DNA from: Octopus vulgaris
Lineage: Eukaryota
Direction: 5' to 3'
Length of the DNA: 64,000 nt
NCBI GenBank assembly: GCA_951406725.2
Contig: OX597838.1
Location: forward strand, 3,720,001 to 3,784,000
The position numbers and the translations under genes are program-made. The notes under the pieces were generated by a model, which saw only the letters and a program-made list of their open reading frames with translations, ran no database searches and had not been told where the DNA came from. Of the stretch, positions 12,851-26,826 are shown in pieces. The number at the start of each line of letters is the position of its first letter. The stretch's first letter is position 1.

Positions 12851-13152
12851 GTAAGTTTGTTTGTTGAATTGTGAGCCAGGATGTGACTTGTGTCTAAGGA
12901 TACACATTATCTTCAGACATCGACGCTTCTTCGTGGAAAACGGGACAAATATTCCAGACAAGCAATCAAATAAATGAACGATTATTCTAGAGGAAACCGT
13001 GATGGTTATTTTTCATCCAGTTCGTTGGGACATTGTAATTTCCTTTCTATGAATTGGTGGGGGTGATTGGAATGATATGTGGGTTGGAGATACAAAGAAG
13101 GAATATATAATAACAAATCCGTGATACATACATACATACATATATACATACA

Positions 13153-13183
<31 letters not shown>

Positions 13184-13241
13184 CATACATACATACATAC
13201 ATACATTTATATATATATGTATGCGTATATATATATTCATA

Positions 13242-13247
<6 letters not shown>

Positions 13248-13287
<40 letters not shown>

Positions 13288-13303
13288 CTCATATATATAT
13301 ATA

Positions 13304-13363
<60 letters not shown>

Positions 13364-13379
13364 TATATATATATATGAG

Positions 13380-13433
<54 letters not shown>

Positions 13434-13470
13434 CTCATATATATATATATTCATATATATATATATATAT
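13248..13470. repeat. palindromic AT-rich repeat (inverted triplication)
   Basis: gtatatactc(at)nattc at 13281 and 13427, with its reverse complement at 13361. Confidence 0.85.
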
Positions 13471-13523
13471 ATAGTTATTTTTATAAAATTACATACATAT
13501 AAATGCCTGAATATAGATATATA

Positions 13524-13554
<31 letters not shown>

Positions 13555-13586
13555 ATGTATATATATACATATATATATATACATAC

Positions 13587-13631
<45 letters not shown>

Positions 13632-14285
13632 ATATATACGTATATGCATATCTATATATGTATGTATATATATATGCATATAGCATATATTATATATACA
13701 TACACACTCACTTACACACACACACACGTATATATATATGTAGGTATTAGGTGTACGCGTGTGTAAATCTGTGTGCGTGCGTGTGTGTGTTTACTCTAAG
13801 CCTAACTTACTCCATTGCCTTTGTTGTGCGCTGTTCTTGTGTTATTTGCCCTGGACACTAAAGATGTTTGATGACATCTTACGTGCAGGAAGTAACAAGC
13901 GTACATAGTATTAAAGAACCGCATCAATAACAAAGAATAACTCCGAAGTCAGTCGGTAGGAATATTAGTTTCGAATTTTGGCACAAGGCCAGCAGCTTTG
14001 GGGAAGGGGCTAAGGCGATTAAATCGACCCCAGTGCGTAACTGGTACTTATTTTATCGACCCCGAACAGATGAATCTTACGTTCTCGGCATACCTACACC
14101 CCTGCTCTGACTTTGCCTGCCCGTAACTTTTGAGGAAATTTTAAAGAAATACCTTTCAATATGTATAGATTCCATTTATATTGGAGTTTAATGTGAAAAA
14201 AGAGAAAGAATCGATGAATGCGCAATGGACCGAAGATGCAGGTGAGGTAAAACAAGGTAGAAATAGACTGAGGTAAAGAGCAACG

Positions 14286-14712
<427 letters not shown>

Positions 14713-14764
14713 TGTTTGTGTGAGTGTGTGTAGCAGACGGATAGAAAGACATAAAAAGAGAGAA

Positions 14765-14800
<36 letters not shown>

Positions 14801-15595
14801 AGCAAAGAAAGGAAGTGGTAGAGGAGAGAGAAAAGCAGAGAGAAAGAGAGGAACACACACACACACACATGCACACACGCACACACACGCGCACGCACAC
14901 ATACATGCACACACGCATGCACAGAGAGAGAAGTAGAGAGACGAAGAGGCGGCGGGTGGAGCGATACGAAAGCGAAGAGGGACAACAATTTCAGAGACGG
15001 AAAGAAAGAGACATGGCAAGAAAAAGAGACTCCTTCTAGTTTTTAATCTGTCAATTTATCTGTGGGTAATGTTTACTTTTGTTCGTCTTCTCTTCGCTTC
15101 TTCACAATTCCACAAAGAGATTTGTTTGCATTAGATAAACTTCCTTTTGCTAATTGAACAAAATAGTCGCTATAGTAACCGGTTGCAAGTAAATAAAAGG
15201 AAAAAGAGGTGAGTCAAGACGAAGTCCTCGCTTTCGTCTGTTGAGAGGCCCTTATGGTGCAAGTTACACTGTGTATTACGTCACAGTCTGTTGACCTGGA
15301 AACACCGTTCAATCTTGAAGTATCTTATGGCTTTCAGTTTTACGCATCCGTAAACATAAAAACACGTGTCTGCATATGGTACGCAATCTGTATATGTCTG
15401 CCTGTTGGTTGCGAAGATTACTCAATACAGTTTTGAAGTATAAAAGGGGATCTTAAAAATATATTCAGAAGAGCAAGAAGTTATAAAATCTTTTACCAGG
15501 ATGTTACTAAACTTTTTCGAAGAAGTTTTTTTTTTCCTAGTGTGTGTGTGAGCGCTTTCGGTTAACTTTTTCAAGTCCTATTCGATTACTATTTT

Positions 15596-15660
<65 letters not shown>

Positions 15661-15665
<5 letters not shown>

Positions 15666-15816
15666 CGGGATTCTTTCAGTTTCCATCAGCCAAATCCACT
15701 CACAAGGCTTTGGTCGGCCCGAGGCTATAGTAGAAGACACTTGCCCAAGGTGCCACGCAGTGGGACTGAACCCGGAACCATGTGGTTCGTAAGCAAGCTA
15801 TTTTACCACACAGCCT
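15661..15816 (-). mobile_element. tRNA-SINE family A, 5' half
   Basis: Reverse complement of the family A head. Confidence 0.88.
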
Positions 15817-16263
15817 ATATATATATATATATATATATATATCAATATATATATATATATATCAATATATATGCATATATATATATATGTTTGTATATAT
15901 ATATATATATATATATCAATATATATGTATATATATATGTTTGTATATATATATATATATCAATATATATGTATATATATATGTTTGTATATATATATAT
16001 ATATATATACAAACATACATATATATGAAAGTATGTATGTTTGCACGTGTGCACGCATGCGTTAATGCCTGTGTGTGTGTATGTGTGTATATGGGTGAGC
16101 GCTTTAGTGTGTAGTTGTTTGATTGTACCTACACGTCCGTGTGCATGTGTTGGTATGCATTTACGTGCGTGTGTGTGCGCGTCGGTATGAGTATGTGTGT
16201 CGGTGTGTATATGTATGTCGGTATGTATGTACGTGCGCCGGTGTGTGTGTGTGTATGTGTGTC

Positions 16264-16298
<35 letters not shown>

Positions 16299-16447
16299 GC
16301 CAACATGACTAAGCTTTATATTTTTAAAAAATTTATTACTTTTTTTTATTTTTCCTATTTTCTTTTAATCTTTTATGTTTGGAACAATGGATTTCCGATC
16401 GCTATCGGCGTTTCACGAATTTCCAGGTTAGTTGCAGCAGCAGCAAC

Positions 16448-16552
<105 letters not shown>

Positions 16553-16624
16553 GGTGGTGGTGTTTGCAGTTGTTGTTAAGCCCTGGATCAAGCCTTGGGT
16601 TATCCCCGAAAGTATAAAAAAAAG

Positions 16625-16739
16625 ACAAAGTCGACATCGGCGGAATTTGAACTGAGAACGCACCCCCCTCCCCCACAAAATGGACGAAATGCCGCTAAGT
16701 ACTTTTCCCGGCGTGCTAACGATTCCGCCAGCTCGCCGC

Positions 16740-16740
<1 letters not shown>
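16625..16740 (-). mobile_element. tRNA-SINE family B head
   Basis: Reverse complement of gcggcgagctggcggaatcgttagcacgccggg...gttcaaattccgccga.gtcgacttt. Confidence 0.8.
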
Positions 16741-16824
<84 letters not shown>

Positions 16825-17018
16825 GTGATGATGACGACGACGACGCTAACGACAAAAAGAATATCAACAATTTCTTTGCAGAAGGGTTAGTTAATAGCGG
16901 TTGCTAGATTAAAACTAGTTCTTCGTTACAGAAAGAGCAGTTAAATGAACGGTCAGAAGAAAATGAAGTCCAGTGATAGAGAATGAGAAGCAAGCACCAC
17001 CATTTCTGTGATTCTCGA

Positions 17019-17058
<40 letters not shown>

Positions 17059-17299
17059 TCATAAATGAGGGTGAACAATTAGATATTAATTTAATAATAC
17101 CACCAGTTTAACACCAAGTGGCCTAGCACATAAAAACCAGGGAGACAGTACAAATTTATACGTAAATATAAGAGAGTTAACGTTAAGTGGTTAACTCTAG
17201 TGCTAGAAATAGCTCCTTATTCTGGTATAGCCACCGAAGTTGTTTCCACAAAAGAAATAACATTACCTTCAACGTAAAGAAAGCGTCTCTTATATTTAC

Positions 17300-17349
<50 letters not shown>

Positions 17350-18119
17350 AAAGAAAGAAAGAAAGAAAAAAGAAAAAGAAAAGAAACAAGTCAAAGTGAC
17401 AAAGTCATCGTCTCTACAAAGATTTTTGTCCTGATAATGCGACTGAGATGGTCGCAAAGTCTTGAAACGATGATGGTTCTTAGAAATTTAATATTTCTAA
17501 ACCAAGATTAAAGAAACAATAAAGAAATATGAAGAATTTTGTTTCTTTTATAAAAGTCTCCAACTTAAAGCATAATCATATTTTTTTATAAAATATTAAA
17601 GAGAAAACCATTCTCAATTGAAAATGCAGATAATTCAGTAAGAATGTACCTTTTGGAATAGAAGTCCCAATAGGTTAAAGAATTGTTACGGAACACTGAA
17701 GATAAGGCTAAGGTTACATTTAAAGACAAAGTTCCAGAAAAGAAAATACTGAAAAAAAAAAAAAAATGGCCAGTCGTGCATTTGTAGCGTTAGCGGAGAA
17801 TGTACCGGGTTTGGCCTTATACGGCGGCCATTAGAAAACAGATGTAATCCATTTGAACTGCTTAAATATTTTGTAACTTTCCGTATCGTGGTTTATATGA
17901 AAAACAGCGCTTATGCATCCTGGTTTGTGTGAAAATTGTTTCCACTGTCGGTAAAAAAAAGTGTAAACGCACTAAGTCAGTCCGGAGCATCACCTGCCCA
18001 CATCGATGGATGCATGCATTTCGGGGTGGTTATCTCTTCTTCAGCGGCGAACACTGGAGGGGGATGCGCTGTGAACTGACTACGAGAGTCCAAATCTACC
18101 TGTCTGTCTGTCTGTCTGC

Positions 18120-18187
<68 letters not shown>

Positions 18188-18558
18188 CTATCTATCTATC
18201 TACCTACCTACTTACCCATCTATCTATTTACTCACACGCACACATTCACTCACACACACACACATTCACTCACACACACACACACACATTCACTCTCTCT
18301 CTCTCACACACACACACAATATGAATAAAGTTTCTTTCAACCAACTCAGTTTTCATACATTCATAAATGAAAAAAAAAAAAAGAGAAAAAAAACAGAAAA
18401 AAAAAAAGGGAAAAATCCCCAAAAAGATAAACAACGATATTTCTTTATTCCGGAAAATGTTCGTTTATTCTTTACTGCAATAAAATATTAATTTTAATAA
18501 CTTTTCAGTCAGCATAGAGCATGTTTTGATAAACTCCTACCTCACCCCTACCTCTCTG

Positions 18559-18624
<66 letters not shown>

Positions 18625-18644
18625 ACTCTTTTTCTCTCTCCCTC

Positions 18645-18760
<116 letters not shown>

Positions 18761-21285
18761 CTCGCTGACTCCTTCTTTCTCTCTCTCTTTCTGTCTTTCT
18801 CTGTCTCTCCCTCAATGTTTCCCCCCACCTGTCTCCCTCTCTCGCTAGTTTTGCTTATCTGTCTCTCTCTGTCTCTTTCTGTCTCTCTCTATCTATCTTC
18901 CCTCTCATCTCTCCCTTTCCGTCCTTCTTTCTTTCCCCTATCCCCCCTCTCTCTCTCCCTATCAACATCTGTATTTCCTATTACACGGTGAAATTAAGTG
19001 TATTCTTCATATGATACACCTTCTTTCGTATTGAACCGTTCCGTCCATGCCCTTCATCACTTTTGGGCTTGTGACGGTTTCTATAGGACTGATGCCAAGA
19101 AGTGGATCGTAGTTCGCTCACCCCTTGTGGATTTCTTGGTAACAAGGGTCACCGTACAGTGATATATCTGGGACGAGGGTCGATCCATCACGGGGACATT
19201 TTTATGGGGTGGCACTTTTGGCTCTGCTATATAAGCTTGTATTGGGGCAGCGGAAATCTTGAGGGATGACCCGTGCGGCACACACTCTTATCTACACCAC
19301 TAGCACCGTGACAGGTCTTCCACGTGCCCATCCGTTTGTAATGTGGTCGATTCTGAAAATGAGAGAGGGAGAGAAGGGGAGACAGACAGACAGACAGATA
19401 GAAAAGGAGAGTGAGCGAGAGAAAGAGAGAGAAAGAGAGAGTGAGCGAGAGAAAGAGAGAGTGAGCGAGAGAAAGAGAGAGTAAGCGAGAGAAAGAGAGA
19501 GTGAGCGAGAGAAAGAGAGAGAGAGAGATAGACATAGAAGGAAAGAAGGAGCGAGAGAGAAAGAAAAAGAGAGACAGATAGACAGGCAGACAGAAAAGGG
19601 AAATAGAGAGTAAGAGAGAGGAGCGAACTGATCCCATTACTTGTCTGGTGCTTTATATATATATATATATATCGACTCCGAAAGAATGAAAGGCAAAGTT
19701 GGCCCACGGCAGGATTTGAACACAGAATGTAAAGAGTCCATAATAACTGCTACAAAGCATTCGCCCGGTTTTCAGCTGGAGGGGCGAGCTGGGATGAAAT
19801 AACGACATCAACAGCTGAGATACCTGATGCAGACCCCTGGGGTTAGATGGTCTGCTCTTTGAGCTTAACGCCTACATGCCAAACTTGTCCTGCCACCTCT
19901 AGGCAGACGTCTATGCAACTGGCAGCAAAAAGGGGAGAATTTCCTAGCTCTGTGAGCCGAGGAGTGGTGGCGCTGCTATGAAAGAATACAAAGGGTTTTT
20001 TTTTATCGATAATATTCGACAATGTCCACCTCATGCAACGCATCAGAGAGGCGAGGGGAGGGAGGGAGTTGAGGGGGTAAAAATGAAGACTGATTAATCT
20101 GAAAGTTTTCGATATGGTGGGCCCATCGTTACTTGGCAGTTGTCCTCATGGCTCGCGCTGTGTCAGTCTCTGAACATCGCTGATGCGCGCAGTTATGTTT
20201 GTGCGACTGCTTTCGCGTTTAAATCGGATCTAGCTATCGGCTGAGCTCATTGTTAGGGGTCACATCGGTGATTTTCCTTTGGCCGGGGAGGATAGGCAGT
20301 TTTTATCAGTATGTAGTTGACAAGTTGTGCTGTCAAGACTGAAAAGGGCTGGAAAATAATACTTTCCCCTTCGGACAAGCCATCATCGACTTTTTCATGA
20401 TTCACTTGGAAAAGATAGTGAGGGCGGAAAGCGAAGCGCTGTCACCCAGTAAATTTGATAAAAGATAGGGGTGAGTAGTGCATGTGGCCCTAAACATGAG
20501 CCCTTCTCCCTTCTCTTTTTCTCTCTCTCTCTTCACTCTTTTTTCTCACACTCTTATCTCTCTCTGCTTCACATTCTCTCTCTCTCTCTCTCCTTTGTTC
20601 TCTTTCTCTCTCTCTCTTTCTCTTCTCTCCTCATCTTCCCCCTCTTTCTTTCACCCTCACCCTCCTTGTTCTTTCTCTTTCTCTTTCTCTCTCCCCTCTA
20701 CCCATCTCTCTCCGCCTCCCTTTCTTTCACTCCGAGTGTTTAAAAACAATAACGCAAGCCCTCAAATCCATAAACGGGTGGTGATAGATTCATCTGAAAG
20801 GAACCCAGTTTATTACAGGTACAAATATAATCGACTCCTCACCTTTTCCCACCCAAGCCGCAAAATGGACGCAACAGGAAACATACATCAAAAATGGCAT
20901 CTGGCGGTATTTCAATACAGACCTTAACAGACGTGCTACAGCATGGCCACCACACCCTCCCATTCCGGATGGAACCAGTGAAATAATAAATAAATAAATA
21001 AATAAATAAATAAAAGGCGGATGGATAAAAGGAAATACCGCGGTTGCTGGGTTTGACAGTCATCGCTTACTCACCCCCGATCGTCGTCTTTTCCGCCCCC
21101 CCCCATGCACGCACACACGCACACACATATATTTACATAGACGTAGGCAAATATATATTTACACATATACACACACATACACATTCTCGCGCTGACACAC
21201 AATTCCTAGTGAAGGAAACGGGGCGATTTTAATATACACACGTATATATCAAATTTACATATACATATATATATATATATGTATA

Positions 21286-21325
<40 letters not shown>

Positions 21326-21511
21326 TGTGTGTATATGTGTGTGTGTATGTTTATATAAATTCGCATACCTGTGTGTAATTTATTTGAAAGGAATACACGC
21401 TTACTGGCTGTATTATAACAATATAACACTATGATTAATAATGGATAAACGACATTCATATCATATTCCTATATGTATGCATACGTGTGCAATATATGTG
21501 CATGCGTGTGC

Positions 21512-21550
<39 letters not shown>

Positions 21551-21577
21551 CATGTGCATTTATATATGTATAAATAC

Positions 21578-21651
<74 letters not shown>

Positions 21652-21713
21652 TTATATGTATATATACATATATGCATGTATGTTTATTCATGCATATTCC
21701 TATAAATATATAA

Positions 21714-22088
21714 GCGCAGAAGTGGCTGTGTGGTAAGTAGCTTGCTTACCAACCACATGGTTCCGGGTTCAGTCCCACTGCGTGGCTCCTTGTGCGAGTG
21801 CGTTTTACTATAGCCTCTGGCCGACCAAAGCCTTGTGAGTGGATTTGGTAGATGGAAACTGAAAGAAGCCCGTCGTATATTTAAATATTATATATATATA
21901 TATATATATATGAATATGTGCTTGTGTGTCTGTGTTTGTCTCCCCAACATCGCTTGACAACCGATGGTGGTGTGTTTACATCCCCTTACATTAGCGGTTC
22001 GGCAAAAGACTAGGCTTACAATGAATAATTCCTGGGGTCCACTCGTTCGATTAAAAGGCGGTGCTCCAGTATGGCCGCAGTCAAAAGA
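21714..22088 (+). mobile_element. tRNA-SINE family A
   Basis: A box tggctgtgtgg, B-box-like ggttcagtccc, internal (TA)n and family tail. Confidence 0.9.
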
Positions 22089-22094
22089 ATTTAT

Positions 22095-22155
<61 letters not shown>

Positions 22156-23039
22156 CATATATACATATATGTTTGCGTGTATGTGTGTGTGTGTGTGCGT
22201 GTGTGTGTATGTGTGCGCTGAGAGGAGAGGCGCTAATGACGGATGAATGAGTATTCATTCGATCGTAAAACAAATCAGTGATGTGTTTGTTTTTCTTTTT
22301 GTTTTTCTTTCCTTTTCCCTCCTTCAATGTTGTCAGAGTTGAGTCATGCTGCCTCCTCGCCGCCGTCCCTCTTCATTCCTCCCTCCCTCATCTGTCTGTC
22401 TCTATCTCTCTCTCTCTCTCTTTCTCTCCTTCTCTCCACTCATACACACAGGCAGCATCATACTTTACAAAAATTAAATAAACAAATAAAAACCGTCCAA
22501 CAGGTTTTGTCGGGTCTGGTGAACTTTGAAAAAACACAAGAAACATACAGGATAAAAGTTTATAAATATATAAATAAATAAAAACATACACACATACTTA
22601 CATATCCATACATACAGGCATACACACATACATACACATACATAGACACATAAATTCATACATACATACAAACACATATATACATACATACATTTATACA
22701 TACATACATTTATACATACATACACACATAGATACATACATTTATACATACATGCTTACATACATACATACACACTCATACACACATTCATACATACATT
22801 CATACATGCATACATGCATACATACACACATACAAACATACATACATTCATATATATATATACGTACATACACAATATATATACAGACACACATACATAC
22901 ACACACATGTGTATATGCATCGTGATCATTTGTCGCATATGAATTAAGGATTTACGTTCTCTCTCCAAGAACCTCAGTTTTGTCATATTTTGGCTTCAGC
23001 AGGCTGGTGCTTGTTATGTTGCTTCAATAATAAGAAATA

Positions 23040-23225
23040 TGAAGCTGAAAGTGTACTTGGGTACAGGATTTTCAACAAATGTAATACTGACACACTTCAT
23101 ACAGAGATAACCAAAGGAAAATTCAAGACAAGTTATTATAGCCATATATATAACTTCAGAAATATCAAAAGACGTAACAGCACTAAAACCTCGAGTTATA
23201 ACTGGTCTTTAAAAGACAACCTCTA
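23040..23225 (+). pseudogene. second PLE GIY-YIG fragment
   Basis: Translation ITKGKFKTSYYSHIYNFRNIKRRNSTKTSSYNWSLKDN fits the PLE endonuclease pattern G.T...FK.RY..H...F......T.LS.YIW.LK. Confidence 0.65.
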
Positions 23226-23243
23226 CTTACGGCACTTGATAAC

Positions 23244-23335
<92 letters not shown>

Positions 23336-23338
23336 GAC

Positions 23339-23379
<41 letters not shown>

Positions 23380-23477
23380 GATTTGTGGATAGAGCGATAC
23401 TGTAACCAGTTGAATATATTTTGAACCCAGAACATAAAAAAAAAACAGAATAAATGCTGCTAAGCATATTGTCCGGT

Positions 23478-23540
<63 letters not shown>

Positions 23541-23541
23541 A

Positions 23542-23610
<69 letters not shown>

Positions 23611-23785
23611 ATCAGCAAACGAATCAACAAAAAGAAAATAAACAGGTCTGCTACTATCGCTTGCCATTTTTGTGCTTGTTTTCACAGCAGGTTATATACA
23701 CATGGATGTATATAACGTGTACTTTCTACGTAGCAGTGTTCGTAACAATATACACATGGCCATGCATCTATATGCATATACATAC

Positions 23786-23864
<79 letters not shown>

Positions 23865-24039
23865 GGTATGTATATTGGGGGTGTATGTATGAAATAGAAC
23901 ACTGTGTGCCAAAGCGTGTTGTTGTACATAGGTACTTAGGGACTGGAAACGATCGTACGCAATGTAGGGAGCTGATGACGTCATTATGTTCCCCACTGTA
24001 GACCCACACATGTTAGTATTTGTGTAAGATCCTGCAAGT

Positions 24040-24101
24040 AACAATAAATAATAATAATAAAAATTACAATAATAATGATAATAATAATGATAATAATAAT
24101 G

Positions 24102-24132
<31 letters not shown>

Positions 24133-24148
24133 CAACAACAATAATAAT

Positions 24149-24203
<55 letters not shown>

Positions 24204-24212
24204 TTGATAATG

Positions 24213-24294
<82 letters not shown>

Positions 24295-24311
24295 TAATGA
24301 TAATAATAATG

Positions 24312-24363
<52 letters not shown>

Positions 24364-24467
24364 TAATAATAATAGTGATGATGATAATAATGATTATAAT
24401 AATAATAATAAAAATAATAATAATAATAATGATAATAATAATAATGATAATAATAATAGTGATGATG

Positions 24468-24519
<52 letters not shown>

Positions 24520-24573
24520 TAATAATAATAATGATAATAATAATAGTGATGATGATAATAATGATTATAATAA

Positions 24574-24633
<60 letters not shown>

Positions 24634-24803
24634 TAATAATAATAGTGATGATGATAATAATGATTATAATAATAATAATAAAAATAATAATAATAATAAT
24701 GATAATAATAATAATGATAATAATAATAATGATAATAATAATAATAATAATAATGATAATAATAATAGTGATGATGATAATAATGATTATAATAATAATG
24801 ATG
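24040..24803. repeat. (AAT)n microsatellite with higher-order interruptions
   Basis: The block aatagtgatgatgataataatgattat recurs several times. Confidence 0.95.
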
Positions 24804-25354
24804 AAAACCGTTTTTGCCCCTTGATATCCTGCATCGGGTGTAAAAGTCTTTCAACTCCACCTACGAACAAGTGCTACCCTCTTCCGTTTACCTCCGACAT
24901 CATTAGAAAGCAACGACTTCTGCAGTTCTCCCTTCGTTATCATTGCAAAACACACTCCCCTGCAGCATCAGACGACATTCCAGCCTCATGCTTCCTGCCG
25001 AACTTAACGGTGCCAATTCCCCAAAGACTCAATACCAAACAGCGCGCATTCACTTTATCTCTTCTGGGACACTTTTTTTTGGTTTGTTTATTTGTCTGTT
25101 TTATTTCGTTCCGATCCGTTGCTTTGTTAAACAGAATGAACATCGTTAAAGAATTCCTTGTGAGGCTTTGTCGGCTGTTGAGATTCTGCTGAAGAATTTG
25201 TATCTGTGTTGGCAAACCTAGAGATGATGACACGGCAGTGCTAGCCTTTGTTTTCTACACCATTCCATGCATTCCGAACACGCACGCACACACACACACA
25301 CATACACACATACATACATGTATATGTAATACATATATATATATATATATATAT

Positions 25355-25931
25355 CTTAATCCTTTTTGCCCCTTGTGGAGCATAGGGCCTCAACAGTTGT
25401 TTTCCACTTCTTGCGGTCGTTGGCGTGTTTCTTGGTTGCTTCCCATGTCAGGCCGTTGGTCCTGAGCTCGTCCAAAATGCTCCCCTTCTATGTCTGCTTC
25501 GGGCGTCTTCGCTTCCTTTGCCCCTGCGGGTTCCAGTTCAGTGCTTGTCGTGTCACATTTGAGGGTTCTTTCCGCAGTGTGTCCCCGATCCATCTCTATT
25601 TCCTTCGTCTAATTTGAACATGTATGGGCTCCTGGTTGGCCCTTTCCCACAGGTCGGTGTTTGGCACTCTGTCGAACCACTTCAGATGGAGGATCTGCCG
25701 GAGACATTTGTTGATGAAGGTCTGGATCTTCTTGTAGTTGCTGCACGTGGCCCTCCATGTTTCAGAGCCTTACAAAAGCACAGATTTTACGTTTGAACTA
25801 AATAAGCGGGATTTAGTTCGAGTTGAGATGGCAGTGGACTTCCATACCGACCGAAGAATAGCGAAGGCTTGCTATGCCTTCTTGCTTCTTGGCAGCAAGA
25901 TCAGCAAATCAGGTGGATCAGACGAGGATAT
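25355..25931 (-). mobile_element. 5'-truncated RTE-clade LINE (RT C-terminus) with 5' inversion
   Basis: Minus strand: AFAILRSVWKSTAISTRTKSRLFSSNVKSVLL*GSETW...IQTFINKCLRQILHLKW...RWIGDTLRK...[20 protein letters not shown]...DRKKWKTTVEALC; the upstream motif LGSKISKSGGSDEDI lies on the + strand at 25886-25931. Confidence 0.9.
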
Positions 25932-26348
25932 ATATATACACATATATATATACATACCCACACACACATACATACATACATACATACATACATGCATACA
26001 TACTTACATATACACTTACATACACATACATGCATACATACATACATATATAAATGCATGCATGCATACATACATACATACATACATACATAAATGAATT
26101 CGTACATACATACATACATACATACATACATACATACTTACATACTTACATACATACATACATACATACTTACATACATACATATATATATGCATACATA
26201 CATACATATATACATACATACATACATACATATATATATACATACATACATACATATATACATACATATATATATATAAAAATGCATGCATACATACATA
26301 CATACATACATACATACATACATACATACGCACGCACGCACACATGCA

Positions 26349-26382
<34 letters not shown>

Positions 26383-26781
26383 TGTGTGTGTGTAAATGCA
26401 TATGTATACGTAACGTATATGAGCATCAGATAAATAGAGAGATAGACAGATAGTGAGAGAGAAAGACAGCTAGATAGCTGGATGGATTAGAGATAGATAT
26501 AGATACATACATACATACACATAAACACACACACACACACACACACACTCACACACATACACACACATTTATATATGTATCTATGCATCTCTCTGTCTGT
26601 TTGTCTCCCTATACACAAATACACACACACACGCACAGACACACACACACACGTGTGTGTGTTTATTACGCATTGGTGTCATAACTACGGGTCAGGTCGT
26701 ATATCAGAAGAGCGAGATTGTTACGCACATAGAAACGTGCAAGCGTGTTTGCGTATGCGTTCTATGTAAATGCATGTATGT

Positions 26782-26826
<45 letters not shown>

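Noticed and set aside
17430-17475. Hammerhead-like CUGAUAA-UGCGAC/GUCGCA...GAAAC
   Set aside because: Core mismatch, 7 extra nt before GAAA, and no NUH triplet in register.
18005-18050. Minus-strand hammerhead CUGAAGA...GAAAUGCAUGCAUC
   Set aside because: Stem III is palindromic but stems I and II do not pair convincingly.
19085-19350. Decayed LINE RT (VPHGSSL ... ISLYGD on the minus strand)
   Set aside because: The resemblance to GVPQGS/YADD needs several frameshifts; too weak without a profile search.
24805-25040. R4/Dong-like endonuclease tail next to (TAA)n
   Set aside because: Only short IESLG/ELQKSLL matches with uncertain spacing and stops.
24020-25192. 390-aa Asn/Asp-rich ORF
   Set aside because: Translation of an (AAT)n microsatellite with a non-ATG start and no domain or splice support. 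The same applies to the poly-YI, HT, CV, V, S and I ORFs throughout the window.
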